The notes beneath the pieces are model-generated. The model saw only the letters and a list, made by a program, of their open reading frames with translations. It was not told the origin of the DNA and ran no database searches. Shown here piece after piece: positions 34,673-44,924 of a stretch of DNA of 64,000 nucleotides. The position numbers and the translations under genes are program-made. Source of the stretch: Macrostomum lignano (lineage: Eukaryota); assembly GCA_002269645.1 (NCBI GenBank), contig NIVC01000369.1:1-64000 (forward strand). The letters run 5' to 3'. Each line of letters begins with the position of its first letter. Position 1 is the stretch's first letter.

Positions 34673-37351
34673 TAAACAGATAAGGACTAACTAGCCAGCA
34701 TAAATGAATAGCCCTGCTGTACCAGACAGTGAATTTGATGATATAATATGCAATAAATATCTAACCGAGGTCTCACTAAGATATGTTTTTGTAGACGAAT
34801 TGCCTATTTAGCTATTCGACTACCACTCACGCATTTATACAGCTGAGATCTGTAAGCGGACTGCTCATGTTGAGCAGTTTCATCTGCCATCTTCTCAGGT
34901 ACTTACTTGAATACTGACTGGACGTGGCGGTGAATAAATGTTCACGAGAGTTTTACGAATTGTGAACTTCAGACATCCGATTAACAGACATAAATTTTAT
35001 TAATATACAATAACCAGCTTGCAGTTGTGCGTTTAAGGTGGTGGGATCTGATGGATGGGTGGGATCTGATGGATGGGTGGGATCTGATGGATGGGTGGGA
35101 GTTGATGGATGGGTGGGATCTGATGGATGGGTGGGATCTGATGGATGGGTGGGAGTTGATGGATGGGTGGGATCTGATGGATGGGTGGGATCTGATGGAT
35201 GGGTGGGATCTGATGGATGGGTGGGATCTATGGGTGGTGGGATCTGAGATGTGGTTGGGATCTGGTACGTGCGTAGGATGTGTTTTTCATTGTTCCCAAA
35301 GTGTTTTTCATTGAACCGTTGCAGGAAAATCACAAAACTCAATCTCACCTGCGATCGGCCTTGCCAACAATCAGCACTGGCAGTTTCTGCCCGTAAGGCC
35401 GGCTCAGAAACGGCTCGTGACCAGCCGCCACGTAATACTTCTCGTGCTCGATGTACTCCGGCTTCCAAATACGCCGGCCGCTGATGTCGTAGAGTCTGAA
35501 TGATTTAGTTCAGGGACTTTTAGCTACACTCTAAAACTGATTTTCCTATACACACTGATCTGAGGTACTCAAAGGTGCTCACTTTCTAATTGCTCGATTC
35601 GATGGTAGCACTACTCGCTCTTCGACAGCTTTGAGCACGGAATCAATGGAAGCCTGCTCGCTGGGCTTGAGCAGTACGACAATGGCCGGGGTGAACTCGT
35701 CACCATTTCGGTAGACTCTGAATAGTAGAAAATCGCGAATTTTCCGGATTTAATACAATACGATTGTCGTGATTCTATTGCCACATAAGGTGATTTTCAG
35801 TACTTACCGGATAGACTTAGACTGAGTACTGATAACGTCTATTTGAGCATTGAATCGGGGCTTGGTTGACATCAGCTTTCTGTTGTGAAAAACTGGTCGA
35901 ATCTGGGGGAATGAATAGCAGAGATATATGGAAGCTTTAAACAGCAAATTTATATAGTGCAGTCAATTTCTTACCGGCTCCAGTACGACTCTGTTGTTAG
36001 CCAGATTGCGGCGAGGGCTAACGCCCGTTGGCGAGTGGTCCCGCGCCGTCTCAGGACCGCCGTGACCTGCGCCTGTCTCATCCTCGGGTACGTACCTGCG
36101 ATTGAGTATGATTGACTGACTGACTGACTGACTGACTGACTGACTGACTGACTGACTGACTGACTGACTGACTGACTGACTGACTGACTGACTGACTGAC
36201 TGACTGACTGACTGACTGACTGACTGACTGACTGACTGACTGACTGACTGACTGACTGACTGACTGACTGACTGACTGACTGACTGACTGACTGACTGAC
36301 TGACTGACTGACTGACTGACTGACTTGAAGGAGTGAGTGTCTGACTGACTGACTTGAAGGAGTGAGTGTCTGACTGACTGACTTGAAGGAGTGAGTGTCT
36401 GACTGACTGACTTGAAGGAGTGAGTGTCTGACTGACTGACTTGAAGGAGTGAGTGTCTGACTGACTGACTGACTGACTGACTGACTGACTGACTGACTGA
36501 CTGACTGACTGACTGACTGACTGACTGACTGACTTGAAGGAGTGAGTGTCTGACTGACTGACTTGAAGGAGTGAGTGTCTGACTGACTGACTTGAAGGAG
36601 TGAGTGTCTGACTGACTGACTTGAAGGAGTGAGTGTCTGACTGACTGACTTGAAGGAGTGAGTGTCTGACTGACTGACTTGAAGGAGTGAGTGTCTGACT
36701 GACTGACTTGAAGGAGTGAGTGTCTGACTGACTGACTTGAAGGAGTGAGTGTCTGACTGACTGACTTGAAGGAGTGAGTGTCTGACTGACTGACTTGAAG
36801 GAGTGAGTGTCTGACTGACTGACTTGAAGGAGTGAGTGTCTGACTGACTGACTTGAAGGAGTGAGTGTCTGACTAAATGAGCAGGTGCGGGAGCAGCACA
36901 GCTATACTCACGGCATCGGCTTGAACCTCTCGCCTCTAGCCAAGACCACATAGTGCCCCTTGTCCTCGAGAGAGTCCAGGTCAGCCACTTTGCGCCGACC
37001 CCTCCTCGGCGTGACGACAGTTCTCACGGCACCTCTCAGAGGATTCACCGAATGAGTTGCCTGTTCAAGAAACACGTCCCAGTCGCGAGTTTGGCGCGGG
37101 TTCAGAACCAGCTTCTTCGACGGGGCGAACACGTCACCGTTTCGGTACAGATAGACGCTCTTGACGCTGCTGGTGGAGCTCCGCGAGCTGGCCGTGGATG
37201 AGGAGCCAGCGTTGTCCCGTTGGGTGCCGCCACTACCGCCACCTCCGTAGCCACCAGCTGGGTCGGCGTGCTGACCACCATTTTGCTCAGCGGCATGAGC
37301 AGTGTCAGCAGCAGCTGGTTGATAATTGTCAGCTTGATGCGCTGTCGCCAT
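29317..37351 (-). CDS. DCDC2-like tandem doublecortin (2xDCX) protein fused to polyQ linkers and multiple IQ motifs
   Basis: Exons (minus): 37351-36912, 36095-35975, 35875-35808, 35717-35583, 35495-35349, 33819-33763, 33598-33499, 33179-33030, 32700-31759 (stop; 719 aa), plus further exons 30351/30322-30116 and 29430-29317. DCX1: VKSVYLYRNGDVF...GAVRTVVTPRRG...HYVVLARGERFKPMPY. DCX2: SIRVYRNGDEF...AIRKLYDISGRRI...YYVAAGHEPFLSRPY. IQ motifs: IQSSVKGFKTRK, IQSSIRGFDTRK, IQSSVKGYQARK, IQSAYKGHQTRK, IQAAVNSYKTRK, IQANYRGYITRK. Confidence 0.85.
29590..29985. repeat. 21-bp minisatellite (ggtacactcaggttacgagta)n
   Basis: Tandem units in the last intron of the DCX-IQ gene. Confidence 0.93.
30525..31430. 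repeat. G-rich composite minisatellite: 23-bp (gggtagattgggtaggcagagtc) changing to 34-bp (ttgggtagacagaatcaggaagtgttggggtaga)
   Basis: Tandem units with a unit-length change near 30850. Confidence 0.95.
31759..32700 (-). CDS. Large polyQ exon with five IQ-like motifs
   Basis: Acceptor cctcacctcag at 32701-32702, in frame with ORF 31759..32607; five AATTIQSxxKGxxTRK-type repeats. Confidence 0.88.
34572..34680. repeat. (CAGA)n microsatellite
   Basis: Direct reading. Confidence 0.95.
35038..35255. repeat. 18-bp minisatellite (gatggatgggtgggatct)n
   Basis: Tandem units. Confidence 0.94.
36110..36873. repeat. (GACT)n microsatellite plus derived 29-bp unit (gactgactgacttgaaggagtgagtgtct)n
   Basis: Fills almost the whole intron between the exon boundaries at 36095 and 36912. 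Confidence 0.96.
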
Positions 37352-38641
37352 CAGAAGTTGATTATTTGAAGAAATATTAGTTGAAGCTACTTAGTTTTTA
37401 AGCTACCAAAACTTGCATAGCGTCTTTAATATTCGAAGTAAATAAGTTGATATTCAAATATCTTAAGATAAGAAAGTGTAGATAATCAGTTAAGTGTTTT
37501 TTTTAGTCTAAGCTAAAGAGTCCAACAAGTCAGTGTATAAGATTTTCTCGTAGTATATAATTTTTATAAAGATCGCGCATAGAAAACTGAATTCGCGCGC
37601 AATTTAAATTGCCGTTGTCAATGACAACATAAGAGAAGAGAGCGGCGAGGAGTGGGAGAGAGAGACGGCTGGAGTAAAGAGCAATTGCAATGTGCAATTC
37701 TGCACTGAGAGAAGGAGCTGAGAGGCTTGTGCAGATTTTACCTCTTGGCTGTATAACTGACTGATTGGCTGGAGCCAAGATAAAATGTCTGCACTGCAAG
37801 GTAGGTGGTAACGCAAAGCGCAGCACAAGCGTATAGCACATCGCACAATAGGTCAGGACTGGTTGAGCTTATTGAAGAGTAGATAGGGAGACAGAGAGAC
37901 AGAGAGAGAGAGAGAGACAGAGAAGAAAGGAAGAGACCTAGAATGAGTCGAAATGTGCTCGTTTATAAGTAGTTTAAGCTCAGTGTAAGCCAGTGTGAGG
38001 TGGGTCTGAGCCTTTAAGAACAGACCCTACTTCACAGCTCTCGTGGCAAAAAGGCTATTAAACAGAATTTAAATCGGTTTTGGGTCTTTTTGTTTGAATA
38101 ATTTTGGGAATAATTTCTCAAAGAATATGGTACTGCCTGGGATATACAGTACATGTAGTGCCATTGACTTGACAAAGCGTGTGGGCGGAGAGGATCGCCC
38201 ATTTCGCTAGCCCCTGGCAACCAATGACTTCCATCGAAATGATGTCGCTCAGGCCGGGGTGAGCGGGGGGGGGGTACGGGGTACATTAAAGTTGATTATG
38301 AATTCCTGACAAAGCTTCGGAGCACATGTATTGTATTTATACTGTTTTCTAAACCGTACTATATGCAAGTGTAACTGTTAAATAAATGTATATATATTTA
38401 GCAACACTATAGAACCGGATTGGAAATGCTACAAACGACTTCTACGTAGGTAAGTAAGTAACATAGGTAAAGCTAATCATGAATTACAGAAATAAAAAAA
38501 TATCAATCACAAAAGGTCCGTTTCTGTTTTAAAGTTATCAACAGTAGGGCTCAAAATTAAGGCCAAGGACCGCTATAGTACAACAATTGCATTACAGTGG
38601 TCCTTGAAGGAACAACAAGCCATTTGCCGCCCGTTGAACTA

Positions 38642-39175
38642 CCAAGATGGGGGAATCCTCAGACATTTTTTGCTGCACCAAACCGGAGCAACACAGACAC
38701 ACGAAATTCAAGAACACGAACCAAATTCTAGTTGCGCACCTTCTCAAACATGAATCAAGTCGCCAGCACTCAGGACCGTCGAGATATTCGACGATTCTGC
38801 CAGAAGGTCGGATTTTTCCCATAAGCGCCAGTGTATTCAGTACACCCCAATCAGCACTGCGCCTCACTGCAGCCTTGCCAAGCCTCCAAATTTCATCAGC
38901 ACATCGACCACATGTGTCTGCCTCAGCTCTAACTACGTTGATCACTGGCCTTCACCGAGATGGAGCTTCTGGACCTTCAACAGGTGGTACCAGGTGACTA
39001 TGAAAACCCTGGTGCGAATTTCTCAAGTTTCGCTGATCAAGCCTCGACAGTGGGCAAGCCTCAACTGCTGGACATCCTCAGCTAGTCTCTCAAGCATTCC
39101 GTCATCATCCGGACGCCGTTGGCACCTTCAGCAGGTGGCACCAGGTGACTATGGACAGCCTGTCAGCGATGAATT
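38642..39175. mobile_element. Truncated copy of the TA-flanked foldback element (one arm plus spacer)
   Basis: 38660-38900 matches the arms of 53401-54104; 38930-39090 is the reverse complement of its spacer. Confidence 0.75.
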
Positions 39176-39889
39176 TAATTTCTTCATTATTTCTGTAAAG
39201 CCAACTGCAGCTGTGTACCATATTTTGAATGCTTCAAAAAGGAATGGAAGGAATGGAAGGCCAGAGCATTTATTTTCATTTCTGATGCCATTCAATTAGT
39301 TTTGATGGGTGCAATTGTTAGTTTAGATACTTCTACAGTGTAAGCAAGTAAGGTATATTTTAAGATTAGGGTCATACTGTATGTACAATTATATATACAC
39401 GTCAGCACTACTCAAGTAGACGGACAGGAAACAAAATTTCTTGGAAAATATTTTGGAGGGGAGTTTACCGAAAAAATACATTACGGAGAATGGAGGTTTT
39501 AATTTTTTAAGTACACAATTTTATTGTTTTTAATAAGAGGAAGACCAGATATAAACTTTTGATATGTAAGCAAGGGTTGAGAATGTCGAACAAAGTAAAC
39601 GAAGTACGAGAGTAATATATTGGCATCAATGATCGATATAGCATTTAATTTATAAATTGTCAGCGATAGAATAACGATTATGAATAAAAACGATTTACCT
39701 CTCAGGGGCAGAGGATAGAATGTACAGAGCCACGTGTACAAAGAGCTTGTGACCAAAAAGAAGGAATAACATAACAAACACAAGCACGAAGGCACAAACA
39801 TGGGGAGACGACAAAAACATAAAAATCGCGGAAAAGAGTTGAAATACGAATTTTTATTCCACTGTCAAGACGACACTAAGCAAAAAGTC

Positions 39890-40600
39890 CGTCACCAGGT
39901 CGTCGTGTAAAAATCAGGCGGTCGACGCTGCCTACTTGACCGACAGACCGCGCTGCCGGGTTCAACCGCGACGGGATCGCGCAGCTTACTCCCAGGCAGA
40001 ATCTGGTCCTGGTCTTGCTCCTCAAAGCAGGTTGGTGATCTGGAACTACACCGCAGCTGCGAGGGCTGTCCGGAAAGTAGTGTTACTTTTATTTGTTGTG
40101 GACGTTTGGTAGGCTGCATTGACATAAATTTGGATTTTGGTGTCGTTTGAAAGCGGCAAGTCTCTTCTTTAAAATGACTTAAACCGCGATTGATTTGGAT
40201 TTGTATTTTAAGAGATATGTGCACTTAAGTAGAGGGATATCGGTCATAGAATTACAAAAGCTCAAATACGAGCGTACCTGCTAATATTAGCATCCTGCTC
40301 AATGGCAATCGATATTTTTTGCATGCATGAATTGTTTTATGGTCAAATTTGACACAGTGAAAAGCTTTCTCAAAAGAATACGGCTTGCATCAGTTGTGTC
40401 AAAAAATCTTCACTGTTGCTCAATTTTGATCCATCGATCGTCAAATGGACGTGCATTCAAAGACGGTAGCGACATGCCATCTTTACACTTTGGAGCTCCG
40501 GGTGCAAAGCAGCTGATATTCACAAGCAACTCTGAATTGCGCAAGGCGACAATTCCGTCAGCACGATGACAGTGAACAGTAGGTGAAAGAGTTCAGGGAT
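39890..40600 (-). pseudogene. Possible decayed Gypsy integrase C-terminus
   Basis: Ends RSSRQRRPPDFYTTTW*, a typical LTR-retrotransposon pol tail; lies downstream of the RNase H relic on the same strand. No intact DDE motif visible. Confidence 0.4.
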
Positions 40601-41210
40601 GGAAGAACTTACATGAACTGGAACTGAACTGACTGAAGGTCAGGACGCCCCTGAGATCCATGTCATCGGCGGCTCCATTCTCGATGTGATAAATAGGCAA
40701 TTAGATAATAGCATGCACGGTAAGCAATTATTTAGGCCCTAGACAAACCTACTTGGAGCGTTTGGAGATTTTAAAGCTATTAATCCTAATCGCCTATCGC
40801 CGGTCGGCGAGTCCTACCAGTCTTTCTCCAATAGCCGCAGGTACAGTACAAGAAAAGAAAGAACACGAGGGAACACAAACCGAAAGATTTAGAGAGTGAT
40901 AATCCTATGTGATACAACTGATAATTGGCTAGACGATTTAATTTGATTATTCAAGTTACAGGATTCAAGCAATTCGCGACGCAGATAATTAGACTGATGA
41001 TAACGAATAATAACGATTAATAATAATGATTATATTACGCACTGACAAGCGGATCTCAGCTTGAAGAAGAAGAAGGAGGCACCGAACACAGGACCACGGA
41101 GAAAGACTCCTAACCCCTGGCCTAAGCCAGAACCTACACTCAAACGAGAGCCCTGCCGAACCGACCGTTCAACGGAGTACCGACTAAATTCTATCGGCAC
41201 TGCCCTTCAG

Positions 41211-41706
41211 TGTAACACTGAGGCCCTCGGGGTCGAGGCCGCGTACTTGATCAGATCCGACAGTCTCTATCTAACCGCGCTTGATAGCGACGACTTCAGA
41301 CAGAAATTTGCCGTAGACGTTACGCCACAAGACTACTGCGGTTGGGCGGGAACAAAAAAATATGGACCTGGGGTGATGAATTCAGGCGCCTCAAAGCGCG
41401 AACCAAAGGGAAACAGCTAGGCCACCGGCCGGGAGACAAGACAAAACCGGGGAAAAGGAGCAAGAAGAAGGCGAGATCCGATTGCCAAAACACACTTTCA
41501 TATATAGTCAGAGTCGCAACCCCTCAAAACCCCCTCAAGCCGGGTGGTGGTCGTCTGGCCGGCCGCTTGCTTAAGCCGAATTGCACTGTGCCCGCGGCGC
41601 CGGGTAGAATTGGAACTTGCCGCGTGCCAGGGTCCAGGCCGGTTCTGATTGGCTGACCGCGCAAAGCTGGGGTTCGCAGACAAACTCAACCCTCCGCTGA
41701 GTCACA
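41211..41706. mobile_element. Possible LTR remnant
   Basis: TGTAAC...GTCACA ends and internal TATA/CCAAT-like motifs; no TSD found. Confidence 0.25.
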
Positions 41707-41859
41707 AATGGCGTCTGACTTCTAGCCTGTTTACGCAAAATTGATTCCAACTAACAAGGAAAAAGTACACCAAAAACGTATGACTAAACTAAAGCAAAAT
41801 AATAATTCAATAACAATATAGAAACTAATGCAGTCAATTTACAACAAAATACACGCAAA

Positions 41860-43660
41860 GATGCTCACACTACATCGACTTGATTCATGAAGACTGTGTC
41901 CGGCACGATGTTCTCCTTGCCCGGCCGGCCGATACGTGATCTCCAGCGGAAAGTCGCGGATGAGCTCCTTAGCATTGAGCAGTCGGATGATCTGTTTGCA
42001 GTAGGTGAACGCCTTGATCTTGCTGCTGTTGCTCAGGTACATAAGAAACTGCTTGAGGCTCCAAACGATTGCGAGCAGCTCCCAGTCACTAGTAGTGCTG
42101 TGTGTAGTGAGTAAACTCGGTTATCGCGAGGTAGAAATAGTGGGGCTTCACAGGAGCCCGCAATCAGTAAAGATATATTTGGGGTGCAGCACCCCTCCGA
42201 TTCATATTGATTCGGCGTGGTCCGATGTACATAAGTTAATTACACATGCGACCTTGACTCACACGGTGGTTCTGCGCTCCGCCTTATTTAGCGTTCGGGA
42301 TGCATAGGTCTTCGCGTTCCTGGCTGAGCACCGCACCCAGTGGGACAGTACGGCTGTCAAAGATAATAATAATGGGCTTGCTAAAGTCGGGTAGCTGAAG
42401 AACCGGAACCACGGTTCAGTACGTCCTTCAGCTTGTTCAGAGCCGCAGTATGTTCGGCTGTCCATACAAAACTACCGGCGCCTTTCTGGGCCAGATGGTG
42501 CAGCGGCTTGCCGATATCAGTGAAGTTAGGTACAAATCGACAGTAGAAACTGAGCATCCCGATGATGCGCCGGACATTCTCCTCAGACTGAGGCCCCGGC
42601 ATCTGCCTGATCGACTCAACATTCTCCGCAGCCGGTGCGATGCCGCTCTCAGTGATTTGGTGTCCCATGAAAGTGCCAGGTAAGTGTTGTGCTACAGGCA
42701 GGATCGCGACTCTGATTATCTCAGTGAACGAGCCGAAGATGGCGTCAGTCAACTGGCCGGACTGACTTCGGACTCTGAGCGAGGGATCGCGTCAAGAGAC
42801 TTGATCAGCCCGTCCCTATTGCACGAATTAATCCCCGCCAGTCCCTCAAATGAGAAAACGCGCGACTCACTCTTTTATCTTCCCGAAGCAGCGGCGATGG
42901 CAGTAGGGAGGCTTCTCTCAACTTCGCTCTTCAGTTCTGGCTGGGTAACTTCTGAGTAACCGAGTATAACTTCGGGTCTGATTGCAATACTAGAACTTAT
43001 GGCTGTGTCTTGCACAATTCAACCAAAAAGATGCCTCCCCTACCGCCGCTCCTGCACACATTTATATTTACGCTAGCTGGTTGAGCCCTGGGGTATCGCT
43101 GCCCCAGGCCCAGCTAGCCAAAATTACGATCGTCTTATAAAAGTTACAAAGTCGGGGTCGCGATTGGAGGGGGGAAAGAATACAAACCGATTGGCTGGAC
43201 CACTAGCCAATCGCAGGGCGAGCGAGGGGGCGCACTGGAGCCGCAGCCAGCCAAAACCGGCTGACCTAACAGACAGTGGGGTGAGTGCAACTGGGGGGGG
43301 GGTTGACGCAGACAGAAGGGGGGGGGGGTTGGCGCAGGCACGCGGCCGGGAGGGGTGGGAGTGCAGTGCCGGGCACACTTGACCGAGAGCCAGAGATTGC
43401 TCATCGGTGCAAGTGTACCCGGGCACAACATAAGCAAAGAAGCTCTTGCCGTGATTCAGCTTCAGCTTAGCTCACCGCAGTTATTGGAGTACCTTGGACA
43501 GTGACTTGAGGTGGCTCTACAAATCCTTATTTAAAATGACCAGGTCCTCGATGTAGACAGGACCTCTTCCCAGCTCAGGCCGGCCATGGTAAGCTCTATC
43601 ATTCGCTGGTAATGTACGTCTCAGGCGCGTTGCACAAACTTTGGCGCATGTCGATCGTGA
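41860..43660 (-). pseudogene. Old Ty3/Gypsy pol relic (RT, connection, RNase H), frameshifted and interrupted
   Basis: Minus-strand remnants in order: SLCNAPET..YQRMIELTMAGLSWEE.LVYIEDLV (43660-43440), FMGHQITESGIAP...GMLSFYCRFVPNF (42680-42400), LPDFSKPIII..GAVLSQ..ASRTLNKAERR, ELLAIVWSLKQF...LEITYRP.GKENIVPD (42095-41860). Confidence 0.85.
42685..43430. mobile_element. Solo LTR (746 bp) inserted in the RT relic
   Basis: 8-bp terminal inverted repeat TGTTGTGC...GCACAACA with a 4-bp TSD TAAG at 42681-42684 and 43431-43434. Removing it brings the RT pieces next to each other. Confidence 0.85.
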
Positions 43661-43933
43661 AGAACCAAAAGCTAACAAAATTGATCTAAATTATGAAATT
43701 AAAAGACTTGCTATAATGCTTACAATTCAGAGACTGCATTCCGGTTGAAAGTTTTGCTTGACTATAGCTAGACAGTTAATCCGGGCTGCAGACTGGAAAT
43801 TTGGTGTTTCCTACAGAGCCCCTGACAGAGCATCACGAACTTTCGCATCCCGCTATTAAATGTTACTATAGCAGTGTTTGACTTTACATAGTTCAGTTTT
43901 ACTGCCTTTTTTAATTAGAAGTTTCAGTTCAGA

Positions 43934-44360
43934 GTTATAGTTAGCCTAGGCGTGTTGAGACGGGGTGAAACCATGGATGAATAATATAACTGGATCGCCA
44001 GAAGCTCGATTTTTTTGGTCCTAGCCATAGACAAGCACCAGCATCACAAGAAGCTCATAATGCCGTACTTTCACACATAGACAAATAGCCGCTGCAGAAG
44101 CTGCAAACCTTTATTTATAAGTATTTAAGAAGCTCATAAGAATGAGCTCAGAATGAATGAGCTTAAGAAGCTCACAAGAATGAGCTTCTTGTGATGCTGG
44201 TGCTTGTCTATGGCTAGGACCAAAAAAATCGAGCTTCTGGCGATCCAGTTATATTATTCATCCATGAATGAAACCGACTGAATGCATTGGAGTAAATGGG
44301 ATTTTACCATAGACAGTCTCAGCGGGCGTGAAACGCGGTTTCACGCCCGCTAACTATAAC
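43934..44360. mobile_element. Non-autonomous element with 12-bp inverted ends (gttatagttagc/gctaactataac) and a subterminal 13-bp hairpin
   Basis: Ends at 43934-43945 and 44349-44360; perfect stem 44322-44334/44338-44350. Hosts the MITE below. Confidence 0.6.
43972..44266. mobile_element. MITE, 295 bp, with perfect 87-bp TIRs
   Basis: 43972-44058 is the exact reverse complement of 44180-44266. Flanks ggtgaaac/aatgaaac (6 of 8) suggest an eroded 8-bp hAT-like TSD. Confidence 0.9.
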
Positions 44361-44364
44361 ACTA

Positions 44365-44470
44365 ATATGGATGGGCTGCATCGGGCCGAAACGAGCTAAC
44401 ACTCCTCGGCGCTACGCGCCTCGGCGTTATAGCTCAATTCTGCCCTCTGCAGCCCAACAATATTGGTATA
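44365..44470. mobile_element. Short palindromic MITE-like element; partial copy at 46622-46675
   Basis: aatatggatgggctgca...tgcagcccaacaatatt; the reverse complement of its right half recurs at 46622. Confidence 0.65.
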
Positions 44471-44805
44471 ATATTTCTACAAAGTATTTGTGCTGTGATC
44501 TGAATACGGTGCCGTAACTTCAAAGTCGGGCAGGGCAGGAATTCCACGGAAAAAGAGGAGAAAATTGATCAGAAGTCAATATCGAGTCAAAAACCGAAGT
44601 GTTGCTTTAATTCCTGTTCTAGAGAAGCTAAAGTAATGAAGAGAGATTACTATAAAAAATTGAAGAATGCTGCACTCTTATACTATTTAAAGGAGCCTTC
44701 CATGCAAAAAGTTTTAAATAATTTTGGCAAACCAAATTCTTGAAAACAATTCCACGACTGCTTCTATTTTTTAACATTGTTTTGGGGCTCTCAAACCGTG
44801 CGCAA
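44471..44805 (+). mobile_element. Dispersed repeat; uninterrupted copy of the sequence that hosts the Gypsy insertion
   Basis: Colinear with 47824-47868 plus 53069-53344, reading tacggtgccgtaacttc across the insertion point. Confidence 0.85.
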
Positions 44806-44924
44806 CGTCGAGAAAAAAAATCGATAAAAATGCTGAAAACAGGTTAGTCCTCTGCCGGCTGAGCCGCTCTTTCTTTTTTCAAATTTAAAACCATATGCAA
44901 GAGATAAATCTGCCGCATTTTCAG

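Noticed and set aside
34907-34917. 11-nt microexon in the DCX-IQ gene (ccag|TCAGTATTCAA|gtaagt)
   Set aside because: The sites look good, but inclusion breaks the frame and the flanking exons join directly; at most an NMD exon.
35971-36951. 326-aa minus-strand ORF (SQSV repeats)
   Set aside because: It runs through the (GACT)n intron in the wrong frame; the true exon is 36095-35975.
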